From positions 1 through 56,721 of the forward strand of contig CAYHRT010000001.1 in the NCBI GenBank assembly GCA_964359085.1: DNA of 56,721 bases. The letters are read 5' to 3'. The number at the start of each line of letters is the position of its first letter. Within the stretch, counting starts at the first letter, position 1. The translations under genes and the position numbers were made by a program. The DNA is from an uncultured Bdellovibrio sp. Lineage in GTDB: Bacteria; Bdellovibrionota; Bacteriovoracia; Bacteriovoracales; Bacteriovoracaceae. Under the pieces are notes generated by a model. It saw nothing but the letters and a program-made list of their open reading frames with translations, made no database searches and was not told the DNA's origin. Of the stretch, positions 1 to 8,916 are shown piece after piece.

Positions 1-507
1 AACACTTGCCCCAGATTTAAGTCGGGTAGTGAGTTCAATCACCAGTTCGGTCAAGGCGCAATCAATGGCAATGGGAGAGGTCCCAGGAGTTGTCGCGGCC
101 TGAAAAAGAGAATCGAGTGCATTTCGTTGGTTCGGATTGGGACGAACGAGTACGTCATCAAAGACAAGTTCATCAGTATTAATAGATACGTCGGCCAGAA
201 GGCCGTTGATGAAACTTGGATGAATAATGACCGATCTGAGGTCGCGGAGATCGGGATTAAATGAACACTCTTCGATATGCCTCTCACGTGCATTGAACAC
301 CATCAGCATATCATTGGCGACTGACCATTGTTGACCGCGGAAGCGCCGTTGGTGTCTAGTACTGCCGGTGGTAAAACAAAGTTCAATGCCCGAATGTTCA
401 GCTTCCGTGTGCTCGAAGAATCCAGCGGTATTGACCTGAAGAGTGGTGCATAGGCCGAAATGATCGCGCCGATTTGTGGCACAAAATGGTGTCTTTTCCT
501 CGTTCAC
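1..507 (-). CDS. AraC-family regulator, N-terminal (cupin-like ligand-binding) part; the 3' end runs off the left window edge
   Basis: The minus-strand frame is open from 519 to position 1 (no tta/cta/tca triplets in plus frame 1). GTG start at 507. Translation VNEEKTPFCATNRRDHFGLCTT..FFEHTEAEHSGIELCF..MLMVFNARERHIEEC..LTELVIELTTRL resembles AraC N-domains. It is absent from the ORF track because it is open-ended. No clear RBS. Confidence 0.5.
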   Translation of the reverse strand, partial: MNEEKTPFCATNRRDHFGLCTTLQVNTAGFFEHTEAEHSGIELCFTTGSTRHQRRFRGQQWSVANDMLMVFNARERHIEECSFNPDLRDLRSVIIHPSFINGLLADVSINTDELVFDDVLVRPNPNQRNALDSLFQAATTPGTSPIAIDCALTELVIELTTRLKSGASV

Positions 508-580
508 GGGATTTATTTAGCACTTTGTTAACTTTTTGTCACACTGCCAAATGAATTGTGGCAAGATCGCAATATACTTA

Positions 581-769
581 GGGCCCGTCCAAGAATAACA
601 TGGACAAAATCGCGCCCAGATTTAGGTCAGATTTGAGCGCAACGATTGAGAAAAAACCGAGGCATAGCACAGCTATGTCGAGGTTTTTTCGATTGAGGCG
701 CGTTCAAAGATGGCCTGAAGATGGGATGCGAGATGTCCATGTTATTCTTGGACGGGCCCTTACACTTTC
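581..769 (+). repeat. Family-A long-hairpin intergenic element, copy 1 (189 nt)
   Basis: 581-606 is the exact reverse complement of 744-769 (26 bp). The interior folds on itself around an apical hairpin at about 657-683. It is homologous to 12318-12495. Confidence 0.9.
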
Positions 770-829
770 GCACAAAATATCAAAACGGCGATTTGCTTTC
801 ACTGTAGTGTCTTTAGACAAGAGGAGTGA

Positions 830-1717
830 ATGGATCATTTATCCCGCATCCAAAGAGCGATTGATTATATCGAGAATCATCTCAAAGATGATCTCACGAC
901 GGAGGCCATCGCCAAGGAGGCCTACTTTTCAATGTGGCACTTTCAAAAGGTCTTTAGCTCTATGGTGGGAGATACATTGAAGGAGTATGTTCGAAAGCGC
1001 AGGTTAACGTCGGCCCTGATCGAATTGGGGAGTACTAACAGGCGGATCATTGAGATTGCTGTAGATTACCAATTTGACTCTCAGGAATCGTTCACAAGAG
1101 CGTTCAAGGCCGTTTTCGGATTGCCTCCTGGAGAATGCAGAAGACAAGGGATTAAATCCGTTCACACTCTCAATAAAGCAAGAATCACGATGGAGTACCT
1201 TGACCATCTTTATGGAGGGATGACGATGCAACCGAAATTTATGACAACCCAAGAAAAAAAGGTCGTTGGTTTGGGCACCAACTTTATTTCAATTCTTTCG
1301 CCGGAAAAAAACAATCATGTTTTGATTCCGCAGCTTTGGGACCAATACATCCCTCGTGCGCGAGAAATCGGCAAGCGCGTTGGTACATGGGATCTTGGTC
1401 TATGTGAAGCCATTGCCGACAAAGCAAAGAAAAAACATCCTGACGAATGTTTCTATATGGCCTGTGCGGAAGTGACAGATTTTAGCCAAGTTCCAAGCGG
1501 TATGCTTAAGAAAGTTATACCTGCGGGACGCTATGCCGTATTCACTCACAAAGGGAAACTCGATAAGCTGGAACATACCATGAATTATATTTTCGGGTCG
1601 TGGCTTCCAAAATCAGGTGAAGAACTCAGAGATGCTCCAGATTTGGAAATCTATGATCAGCGCTTTGTCGTCGACTCGGAAAGCTCAGAACTAGATATTT
1701 ATATTCCCGTGAAGTAA
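830..1717 (+). CDS. AraC-family transcriptional regulator with GyrI-like effector-binding C-domain
   Basis: 295-aa ORF. N-terminal AraC HTH signature (AIAKEAYFSMWHFQKVF..DYQFDSQESFTRAFKAVFGLPPGECR), then a C-domain of about 150 aa of the Rob/GyrI-like type. Confidence 0.85.
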   Translation: MDHLSRIQRAIDYIENHLKDDLTTEAIAKEAYFSMWHFQKVFSSMVGDTLKEYVRKRRLTSALIELGSTNRRIIEIAVDYQFDSQESFTRAFKAVFGLPPGECRRQGIKSVHTLNKARITMEYLDHLYGGMTMQPKFMTTQEKKVVGLGTNFISILSPEKNNHVLIPQLWDQYIPRAREIGKRVGTWDLGLCEAIADKAKKKHPDECFYMACAEVTDFSQVPSGMLKKVIPAGRYAVFTHKGKLDKLEHTMNYIFGSWLPKSGEELRDAPDLEIYDQRFVVDSESSELDIYIPVK

Positions 1718-1723
1718 CAATCC

Positions 1724-1833
1724 CGAACTCAGGTTAAATAAGTAATACTAATCATTACTAAAAAGAATTAATAATTTGTTCTTATGGCCCTCCCATCCTA
1801 TAGAGTGCTCCACACTAAAAACCTGAGTTTGGA
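1724..1833. repeat. Inverted pair of short sequences matching family-B element termini (possible relic or minimal copy)
   Basis: cgaactcaggtt at 1724-1735 and aacctgagtttgga at 1820-1833. The latter equals the first 14 nt of the 52741 copy. An internal small hairpin gtaat..attac lies between them. Confidence 0.4.
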
Positions 1834-1841
1834 GAAATACT

Positions 1842-2237
1842 ATGAAAACCCTATTTGCGCTTATGACTCTCACTCTCTTGGCATCGGCCAACGCCAGCCA
1901 ATTGCCGGACACCGCCTTTGAACCTGCTGTTATTATTAAGGACGTCACCCAACGCGGAAATCTGATGCCAGGGCCAGGCGTTCGCCGTCCCGTGATGACC
2001 ACCGTCGAAGTGGATGTGAAATTCTGCCGTAACGTAGACGAAAGTGAATTTGATGTGGTTGTTAAAAAAAGCGATCTGCACAATGTTGTTCTTACCATCA
2101 AGGCCAAAAGCTACATGGTTGATTGCTTCGGGCCTGCCCGTTTGCAAACTTTGGTGTTTGAGACAACTCAAGTTCCTGCCTACGTAAGCGTTCGCTTAGG
2201 CAATCCGCTCTTGATTGAAACAAACTTTGTTCACTAG
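1842..2237 (+). CDS. secreted hypothetical protein
   Basis: 131-aa ORF. Signal peptide MKTLFALMTLTLLASANA. ggag lies 7 nt upstream of the ATG. Confidence 0.6.
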   Translation: MKTLFALMTLTLLASANASQLPDTAFEPAVIIKDVTQRGNLMPGPGVRRPVMTTVEVDVKFCRNVDESEFDVVVKKSDLHNVVLTIKAKSYMVDCFGPARLQTLVFETTQVPAYVSVRLGNPLLIETNFVH

Positions 2238-2242
2238 AAATT

Positions 2243-2274
2243 CTAATAGTTTCAATAGTCAATAGAGTCAATAG
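2243..2274 (+). repeat. cluster of four YAATAG(T) heptamer direct repeats
   Basis: ctaatag-tt-tcaatag-tcaatag-ag-tcaatag, read directly from the sequence. It is followed by an 8-bp inverted repeat, gtgccagg (2274-2281) and cctggcac (2304-2311). Confidence 0.6.
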
Positions 2275-2401
2275 TGCCAGGTTCATCTTGATCTAAGGAT
2301 GGGCCTGGCACCTCATATATGAATCTTTTTCAAATTCTCTCTACAAAGTGTACAAACTAGTCTACTAGGGACACGTTACAGTTTAGTAAAAAAGGAATCT
2401 T

Positions 2402-3340
2402 ATGACTCATTCCGCGAAATATTGGTGCAGCGTTCTTGTCTCTGTGTTTGTACTTTCGGCCGCCGGTTTTTCAGCACCTGCGCACGCCTGGGATGATCGA
2501 ACGGAATCCCTATTGGCAGGATACCGACAAGGTGGACTGGAGCAGCTCAGCCGTTTCGAAGCAGGAGGTGTAGAGGTTCACTTGGCGATCACGGCCCAGG
2601 CGCGAAACCTAATCTCATCACGCACCTTCGACAGGCCAGACCCATCCTTCAATGAACCTAACTTCCTCAACTTCGTGAAAGAAACGTGGCAGACAGGACT
2701 CGACTATTTTCACGTACTCGTACCGACACTCCCGTTTGCTGACGTCCATATCATTCTTCACGACCTCAAGGAAGAACGCAGATCTACCATCAATCTTACA
2801 GGCGTCAATAGCCGTGTTGTTACGATGGATCTCAGACGTTGGCATAAGATCTATCTTGGCTACTCCAATTTTCTAGGCGCCATCACCAGTATCCATGAAT
2901 TCACTCACGTCAACAATTATTGGCTCGACGAAGGGGAGGATAAGCTCCACCGCGAGCAGACCGCCGTAGTTTTTGAAATTCTGCATCTGATAAAGCTCAA
3001 GGGCATGGATTGGGTTCTCTCCAACTACCTTGGAAGCGTGGCAGGCACGGTTGCAAATCCGCAAGATCTACTGGCAACAGAGTACAAGGGCATGTCACCG
3101 ATTCGAACGCTGGTGCACGGTCTGATCAAAAGAGTCTGGGACGGAAGCTACATTGTCTCCGGGGATAAGATGGAGGCCATCGAATCCTGGGCCGCCGCCT
3201 ATCTGGCCGATGGTGCCAAGGGAGATGCTGGATTGAACCGGGCGTTTCTTGCGGCCGGTTGGAAGACTGCCGCCGGAAATGGCCTCACTGCTCTTCGCTG
3301 GCGTACAGACATACTTCAGGGTTTAACCCAAGTCCCTTAG
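2402..3340 (+). CDS. secreted protein with HExxH zinc-metallopeptidase-like motif
   Basis: 312-aa ORF. Signal peptide ending SAPAHA. SIHEFTHV motif. Confidence 0.65.
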   Translation: MTHSAKYWCSVLVSVFVLSAAGFSAPAHAWDDRTESLLAGYRQGGLEQLSRFEAGGVEVHLAITAQARNLISSRTFDRPDPSFNEPNFLNFVKETWQTGLDYFHVLVPTLPFADVHIILHDLKEERRSTINLTGVNSRVVTMDLRRWHKIYLGYSNFLGAITSIHEFTHVNNYWLDEGEDKLHREQTAVVFEILHLIKLKGMDWVLSNYLGSVAGTVANPQDLLATEYKGMSPIRTLVHGLIKRVWDGSYIVSGDKMEAIESWAAAYLADGAKGDAGLNRAFLAAGWKTAAGNGLTALRWRTDILQGLTQVP

Positions 3341-4567
3341 TAGGCCGGTAAAAAGAACAGCTACTTTTTCATCCTTTGAAATTTCACCATTTTCCAAGAG
3401 ATTTAGAAGGCCGGCATATCCAGCGCTTCCGGTATGATCCACAGGTATGTGATATTTTTCTTTTGCAATCTTATTGGCTTCGTTTAATTCATCTTCGGAA
3501 ACAGTAATCGCATCACCATGGGTAGAAAAAATGCCCTCAACTATTTTGTACCAATCATAAGTAATATCATCCAAAATACCATGGGCGACACTTTTAGGTT
3601 CTGTTTCCCACGGCCACATATATTTAGTCATGTTCTGATTCAAAGTTTTGAGATCTAGCTTATTTCTAATCTTTTCTACCGCGCGAACGAGCGGATAGGC
3701 ACCCTGCGTTTGAACGGCATAAATTCGGGGCATCTTTGAAATTAATTTGGCCTTATAAAATTCCTGAAAGGCCTGAACGCTAGAACTTGCCAGTGCTCCA
3801 CCACCGACCTGAATGACAAGAGCATCCAGTTCTAAATTATTTTGCATCAACTCTGTCATAAGCTCAAAACATAGAGTTTCCCCACCTTCAATATTGCTCC
3901 AGTTATCAATTCCGGAACAGGAAAATGCCAGCGCACCATTTTCGAGTGCTTCTTGGAATCTATTGTAGCAAGGATCTCCAACTTCTCCAGCTATCCGCGG
4001 ACACGTATTGATCTGGGCACCATTATCGAGCAGTATTTCATAAACGGTTTCACTTAAGTCAGGAGGAACAAAGACGCTAAGTGGTTTTTTGGCAGCTTTG
4101 GCGACAAAAGAAGCGCCGATCGCGGCATTGCCACAACTGTAAATAGCAAGGTTAGATTTTTTCCCCCCAATAATTTCCAAGTAAATTGCGGTTCCCATGA
4201 GGTGCCTGGCTTTATGGGAGCCACCGATATTACAGGTTTCATTTTTAATAAATAAATTTTGGTCGCGAATTAGAGGAGTTTTACTAAAACCGGGATCGAT
4301 TTTTCTTACCAGCTCGTTGTAATTTAAATTCAACTTCTTTGCCAGAGCGTGGGAGTAAAAAAAGTCTTTAAACTTGATAAAGGGGTTCAATTCGCGGTTC
4401 GAGATTAACTCACTCTTTGAAATGACCACATCAATTTTTTTTTCAAGGATATGATTGATATCCTTGTTGTCTCCCCTGTTCTCACAAGAGAGCACCAGCT
4501 CTTTTTGAAGCTCATAAACCCTGCCACAACCTCGACAAAGAAGACTAGCAAGCATTATTAAACTCAT
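3323..4567 (-). CDS. threonine-synthase-like fold-type-II PLP enzyme with N-terminal zinc ribbon
   Basis: 414 aa. CRGCGRVY..C ribbon, PLP-lysine context GGSHKARH, YSCGNAAIGASFVAKAA, the phosphate-binding loop VQVGGGALASS, and C-terminal DHTGSAGYAGLL..VLFTG. Confidence 0.8.
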   Translation of the reverse strand: MSLIMLASLLCRGCGRVYELQKELVLSCENRGDNKDINHILEKKIDVVISKSELISNRELNPFIKFKDFFYSHALAKKLNLNYNELVRKIDPGFSKTPLIRDQNLFIKNETCNIGGSHKARHLMGTAIYLEIIGGKKSNLAIYSCGNAAIGASFVAKAAKKPLSVFVPPDLSETVYEILLDNGAQINTCPRIAGEVGDPCYNRFQEALENGALAFSCSGIDNWSNIEGGETLCFELMTELMQNNLELDALVIQVGGGALASSSVQAFQEFYKAKLISKMPRIYAVQTQGAYPLVRAVEKIRNKLDLKTLNQNMTKYMWPWETEPKSVAHGILDDITYDWYKIVEGIFSTHGDAITVSEDELNEANKIAKEKYHIPVDHTGSAGYAGLLNLLENGEISKDEKVAVLFTGLLRDLG

Positions 4568-6032
4568 TAATCAGTTTATCCCATTTCGGGATATATGATC
4601 GGAGTGAATTCCAAAATTCAGGGTCTTTCCTTACGTTGAAATCCTCGATTGAAACACCTTGCTGTTCAACCCAAGTATAATATCCAAGATTAAAAATTCT
4701 CTCTTTTCCAAAGAAGGTTAGCTCTTCCATATGATCGGTGGAAATGGCCATCATGTATTGGCCGAATGACTCTGCGGCCTTGCTTGCCGAATAATTATTT
4801 TTATAATATTTTCCAAGCGCCTTTTTTATCTCAGAAGAATACATCGTCGCAGGATCAGTGGCCACGGTGAGAAGAGCATCATCTTTTCCAAGCTTATAAT
4901 ATTTCGCAAGTTTGATGGCCGCGATGATATTTGCGATAGAAGAAATACCAAGATAGGAAAGTGAATCGACCGTCTCTTTTGAGAGTCCACGTTCCTTTAT
5001 CAAATAATTTTTTCCGATTTCATGGTTAAAGAGTGTCACCATGTTGTCAGTATTAGCATCAGAAACTGCAATAATAAAGTCAGTGTTCATTACATTGTGT
5101 ATAAAAGGAACGTGCTTATCACCGATTCCTTGAATGTTATGAGCACCAAAACCATTATTGAGAAGTGTTGGACATTCAACCGCTTCAACTGCTGCAATTT
5201 TTAATCCATTGTGTTTCTCTTTTAAATAATCACCGGCAGAGATTGTCCCGGCAGAACCGGTGGCAGAGATGAAAGCACGGGCCTTCAAACTAGGGTTAGC
5301 TTTTCTCACATGTTCAAAAACGTCATTCATGGCCTTGCCGGTGCAAGTATAGTGGCCCAAAGCATTGCTGAATTCGCAGAATTGATTAAAAATAATATTT
5401 TCAGGATCTTTTTCAAGTTGGTTGCAAGCATCATAAATTTCTTTTACGTTACTTTCACAACCATAAGTTTTGATGATGTCTTTTTTTGGATCAATCGTCC
5501 ATTTGTTGAGCCAGTCAAATCGCTCTTGGCTCATCTCTTCTGGAAGGATGGCGACGCCATGACAATCCATTATCCTGGAAACGGCAACTCCACCCCTGCA
5601 ATAGTTTCCAGTTGAAGGCCAGATCGCTCTGTGTTTTACAGGATTAAACTGGCCCGTAACAATCCGTGGAGCGAGACATGAATATGCTGCCAAAACTTTA
5701 TGGGCACTAATCATGGGAAAATTCGCTCCGATCATGACCACGATAGGAGCATCAATACCTGTAATCTCTTTACCTAAAACGATATGATGAGGAACGCTGG
5801 TGAAATTCTTTGATTTATTGTCATTATACCAATGAATACGAAATAAATTGAGAGGATGGGGAGCGTTTATATCAATATCTTTAAGCCCCTCTCGAACGTT
5901 TGCAGGAATTGTCGTGGGATTGGTAAGTTCAGAAAAGGTGGGAAGTTTAATTTTTCTCTCTTTAAAACGTTTTAAAGTATCGGCATAGATGTTTTTATCG
6001 ACAATATGTGTTTCTAGTCCGAGCTTTGCCAT
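4545..6032 (-). CDS. fold-type-II PLP-dependent enzyme (Trp-synthase-beta/Cys-synthase superfamily) with long N-terminal extension
   Basis: The track ORF begins at TTG 6074. ATG 6032 (MAKLGLETH..) has aaggga 7 nt upstream. Motifs include FPMISAHKVLAAY (candidate PLP lysine) and SATGSAGTISAG. It overlaps the downstream PLP gene by 23 nt. Confidence 0.75.
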   Translation of the reverse strand: MAKLGLETHIVDKNIYADTLKRFKERKIKLPTFSELTNPTTIPANVREGLKDIDINAPHPLNLFRIHWYNDNKSKNFTSVPHHIVLGKEITGIDAPIVVMIGANFPMISAHKVLAAYSCLAPRIVTGQFNPVKHRAIWPSTGNYCRGGVAVSRIMDCHGVAILPEEMSQERFDWLNKWTIDPKKDIIKTYGCESNVKEIYDACNQLEKDPENIIFNQFCEFSNALGHYTCTGKAMNDVFEHVRKANPSLKARAFISATGSAGTISAGDYLKEKHNGLKIAAVEAVECPTLLNNGFGAHNIQGIGDKHVPFIHNVMNTDFIIAVSDANTDNMVTLFNHEIGKNYLIKERGLSKETVDSLSYLGISSIANIIAAIKLAKYYKLGKDDALLTVATDPATMYSSEIKKALGKYYKNNYSASKAAESFGQYMMAISTDHMEELTFFGKERIFNLGYYTWVEQQGVSIEDFNVRKDPEFWNSLRSYIPKWDKLINEFNNAC

Positions 6033-6225
6033 GAGAGTCTCCCTTAACAAAATTGTAATACTATTTTTTTGCAATGTTATACCATGCCCTGCGTATATTG
6101 TCCCTAAATCATCTGAAAAGTTAAGCAGAGTTCTTCTTTAATTCAGATTACATGGTTTAGTCTAAGAAAGTCCGACTTTAGTGCTGGATTTTATGTGAGA
6201 ATCGCCCTCTCGCTATGGAGTTTCC

Positions 6226-8913
6226 GTGACAGATTTTTTGTCCCACATTTCTCCACAATATTTAGATTTTATGTATAGTAAATTCCTGCATAAATCTAAT
6301 GGTGAAATTTCTCCAGCATGGGCAGCTTTTTTTGAGGGACGTGACATTGGACAATCTGAGGCCGACGGTCGAATTTTACAAGAATTGTACTTAAAAGAAT
6401 TAATCGATGAATTTCGGATCAACGGACATAAGTGTGCCAATATAAAAATCTTTGAAGAAAATCATGAAAAATGTCGATTACATGAAAAGCTCAACGCATT
6501 TGACAGTAATACAAAATATTTAGCACCAGAATTTGCCGGATTGGGCAATCTGTCTTTCAAAGAAATAAAAAATTATTTGAAAAATGTTTTTACAGGTAAT
6601 ATCGGAATTGAATTTGCACATATCATCAATCCTGAAGTTCGACGATGGTTAGAGAAAAAGTTAAACCCACAAAATCTACCGCAGGTGAGACCTGAAAAAC
6701 AAAAAAAATGGTTAGAGCTTCTAATGCAATCCACAAAGCTAGAAGAATATTTGCAAAATAAATATCCCGGCAAAAAGCGTTTTTCACTCGAAGGAGCGGA
6801 GGGTTTAATTTGTGCATTACATGAGCTTGCTGAAATTGCCGTAAACTCCGGAGTCGAAGAAATCGGATTGGCCATGGCCCATCGTGGAAGGGTCAATATA
6901 TTAGCAAATTTTTTATCCTGGCCCTTAGAAAATTTGCTTGCTGAATTTGAAGAAGTGAAAAAAGAAAACGAGGAAATGGTTTTGGGAGATGTCAAATATC
7001 ACTTGGGACATACCAGTAAAATAAATATCAATGGGAAAGATTTGTATATCTCCTTGGCATTCAATCCTTCACATTTGGAATTTGTTTATCCGGTAATGTT
7101 AGGCAAAGTACGGGCCAAGATTATGCATAAATATAATAATAATGGGGGTGCGATTCTTCCTGTCATCATTCATGGCGATGCTGCTTTTGTTGGTCAGGGA
7201 ATTGTGATGGAAACTTTAAATTTTTCCGAGTTGAGGCCTTACACTGTAGGAGGAAGCGTCCATTTTATTCTGAACAATCAACTAGGGTTTACTGCCGATG
7301 CATCTGAAACGAGGTCCTCTATCTATTGCACCGATTTTGCCAAGGCGTTGGAAGCTCCAATTTTTCACGTGAATGGTGATGATGTCGAAGCCCTTTGCAC
7401 AATTACAAGATTGGCTTTTGAATTTAGACAAAAGTTTGCGAGAGATATTTTTATAGACATCTGTTGTTATCGCAAATATGGACACAATGAGATGGATGAG
7501 CCACGATATACCAACCCAAAACTATATCATAAAATAGACACTTTTAGACCCGTCAGTCAAATTTACCAAGATAAATTAGTTAAGCAGGAAATAATCGGTA
7601 CACAAGAAGTAGAAAAACTCACAAGTGCTTATGCAAACTACCTAGAAGAAAAAAGAAATGAGGCCATTGGGAAATTACAATCTTCTGCAGATGACTCTTT
7701 CCAAGGGGCTTGGGCGCAATATAAGCCACCAACTTTCAAGAAGATTTTAGAATTAGTAGAAACACCGATTTCCATAGCTTTATTTAATGATATTGTCGAA
7801 ACACTCCATACAAATCTACCTTCGGATTTTCAAATTCTTACAAAACTTTCTCGCGCCATAGCGCGGAGAAATGAAAAATACAAGGCCAGCAAAGAGGTCA
7901 TCTGGTCACTGGCCGAGTTAATTAGTTTTGGTTCTCTGCTCTCAGAGGGGTACAGCATTCGCTTGGTCGGACAAGATAGTGTAAGGGGGACTTTTAGCCA
8001 GCGACACATTACTCTTTTGGATCAAGCCACAGAAAGGAAGCATACTCCTTTAAAAAAATTTGAAAATAATTCTCAGCTAGAAGTATATAACTCGCCTGTA
8101 TCAGAAAATGCTCCCTTGGCCTTCGAGTTTGGGCATTCATTGTCTTCGCCTAAATGTTTAACCATTTGGGAAGCACAATATGGAGACTTTATTAACTGTG
8201 CTCAAGTCATTGTCGATCAATTTATATCGACTTCTGAGCGAAAATGGAAAAGGGCCAGCGGACTTGTCTTACTCTTGCCGCATGGGCATGAAGGGCAAGG
8301 CCCTGATCATTCAAGCGGAAGAATTGAAAGGTTCTTACAATTGGCAGGACAGTTAAATCTCCAAATTGTGCAACCTTCAACTGCGGCCCAGTATTTCCAT
8401 CTCTTGCGTCGACAGATGCATCAAGAATTCAGGAAACCACTTGTTATCTTTACACCAAAAAGCCTGTTGCGAAGTGAGTTAAATGCCTCTCATGTTGATT
8501 CTTTCTTAAGTGGTGGTTTTTTAAATATCATTTCGTCACTGTCATCTGGCACTGAAAAAGTTGGTGTCGTTTGTTCCGGCAAGATCTTTTGGGATCTCTA
8601 TACCGAAGCGAAAAAAGGAGACCTTCTGCCGCACATTATGTTTATTCGCATTGAGCAACTATACCCTCTTGATATTAATAAATTAAAAGAACTCATAGAA
8701 GTCGAGCAACACATTCATGATTGGTTCTGGGTTCAAGAGGAAGCGCAAAATGCTGGCGCATGGTTTTTTATCAAACTAAGCACATTATCAATAAAATGGA
8801 ATTTAAAATATATTGGAAGACCTATTAGCTCTGTCACAGCAGAAGGCAATTCAGTCCTGCACGAAGTTAATCAGCAGAAAATTATTGAAGAAGCTTTGAG
8901 GAAAGTGAGGTGA
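6226..8913 (+). CDS. sucA: 2-oxoglutarate dehydrogenase E1 component
   Basis: 895 aa. GTG start with ggag upstream. Family hallmarks include KRFSLEGAE, MAHRGRLN-like MAHRGRVNILAN, IHGDAAF.GQG, YGHNEMDEP and LLPHGHEGQGPDHSS. Confidence 0.95.
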   Translation: MTDFLSHISPQYLDFMYSKFLHKSNGEISPAWAAFFEGRDIGQSEADGRILQELYLKELIDEFRINGHKCANIKIFEENHEKCRLHEKLNAFDSNTKYLAPEFAGLGNLSFKEIKNYLKNVFTGNIGIEFAHIINPEVRRWLEKKLNPQNLPQVRPEKQKKWLELLMQSTKLEEYLQNKYPGKKRFSLEGAEGLICALHELAEIAVNSGVEEIGLAMAHRGRVNILANFLSWPLENLLAEFEEVKKENEEMVLGDVKYHLGHTSKININGKDLYISLAFNPSHLEFVYPVMLGKVRAKIMHKYNNNGGAILPVIIHGDAAFVGQGIVMETLNFSELRPYTVGGSVHFILNNQLGFTADASETRSSIYCTDFAKALEAPIFHVNGDDVEALCTITRLAFEFRQKFARDIFIDICCYRKYGHNEMDEPRYTNPKLYHKIDTFRPVSQIYQDKLVKQEIIGTQEVEKLTSAYANYLEEKRNEAIGKLQSSADDSFQGAWAQYKPPTFKKILELVETPISIALFNDIVETLHTNLPSDFQILTKLSRAIARRNEKYKASKEVIWSLAELISFGSLLSEGYSIRLVGQDSVRGTFSQRHITLLDQATERKHTPLKKFENNSQLEVYNSPVSENAPLAFEFGHSLSSPKCLTIWEAQYGDFINCAQVIVDQFISTSERKWKRASGLVLLLPHGHEGQGPDHSSGRIERFLQLAGQLNLQIVQPSTAAQYFHLLRRQMHQEFRKPLVIFTPKSLLRSELNASHVDSFLSGGFLNIISSLSSGTEKVGVVCSGKIFWDLYTEAKKGDLLPHIMFIRIEQLYPLDINKLKELIEVEQHIHDWFWVQEEAQNAGAWFFIKLSTLSIKWNLKYIGRPISSVTAEGNSVLHEVNQQKIIEEALRKVR

Positions 8914-8916
8914 AAA

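Noticed and set aside
10-25. cccagatttaagtcgg resembling the family-A motif cccagatttaggtcag
   Set aside because: It lies inside the open AraC-like reading frame and matches at 14 of 16 positions only. There is no palindromic partner. I treat it as coincidence.
51-293. 80-aa minus-strand track ORF at the window start
   Set aside because: A different minus frame is open across the whole 1-519 interval and translates to an AraC-like N-domain. The 80-aa ORF has no resemblance to anything.
600-980. 126-aa plus-strand ORF in the track (MDKIAPRFRSDLSATIEKK..)
   Set aside because: It reads straight through the palindromic family-A element and overlaps the well-supported AraC gene start at 830 in another frame. 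Its sequence is low-complexity and Arg-rich, as expected from translating a hairpin repeat.
2305-2322. ctggcacctcatatatga as a sigma-54 promoter
   Set aside because: It has a good -24 TGGCAC, but there is no GC doublet at -12 (atat). The TGGCAC is better explained as half of the 8-bp inverted repeat with 2274-2281.
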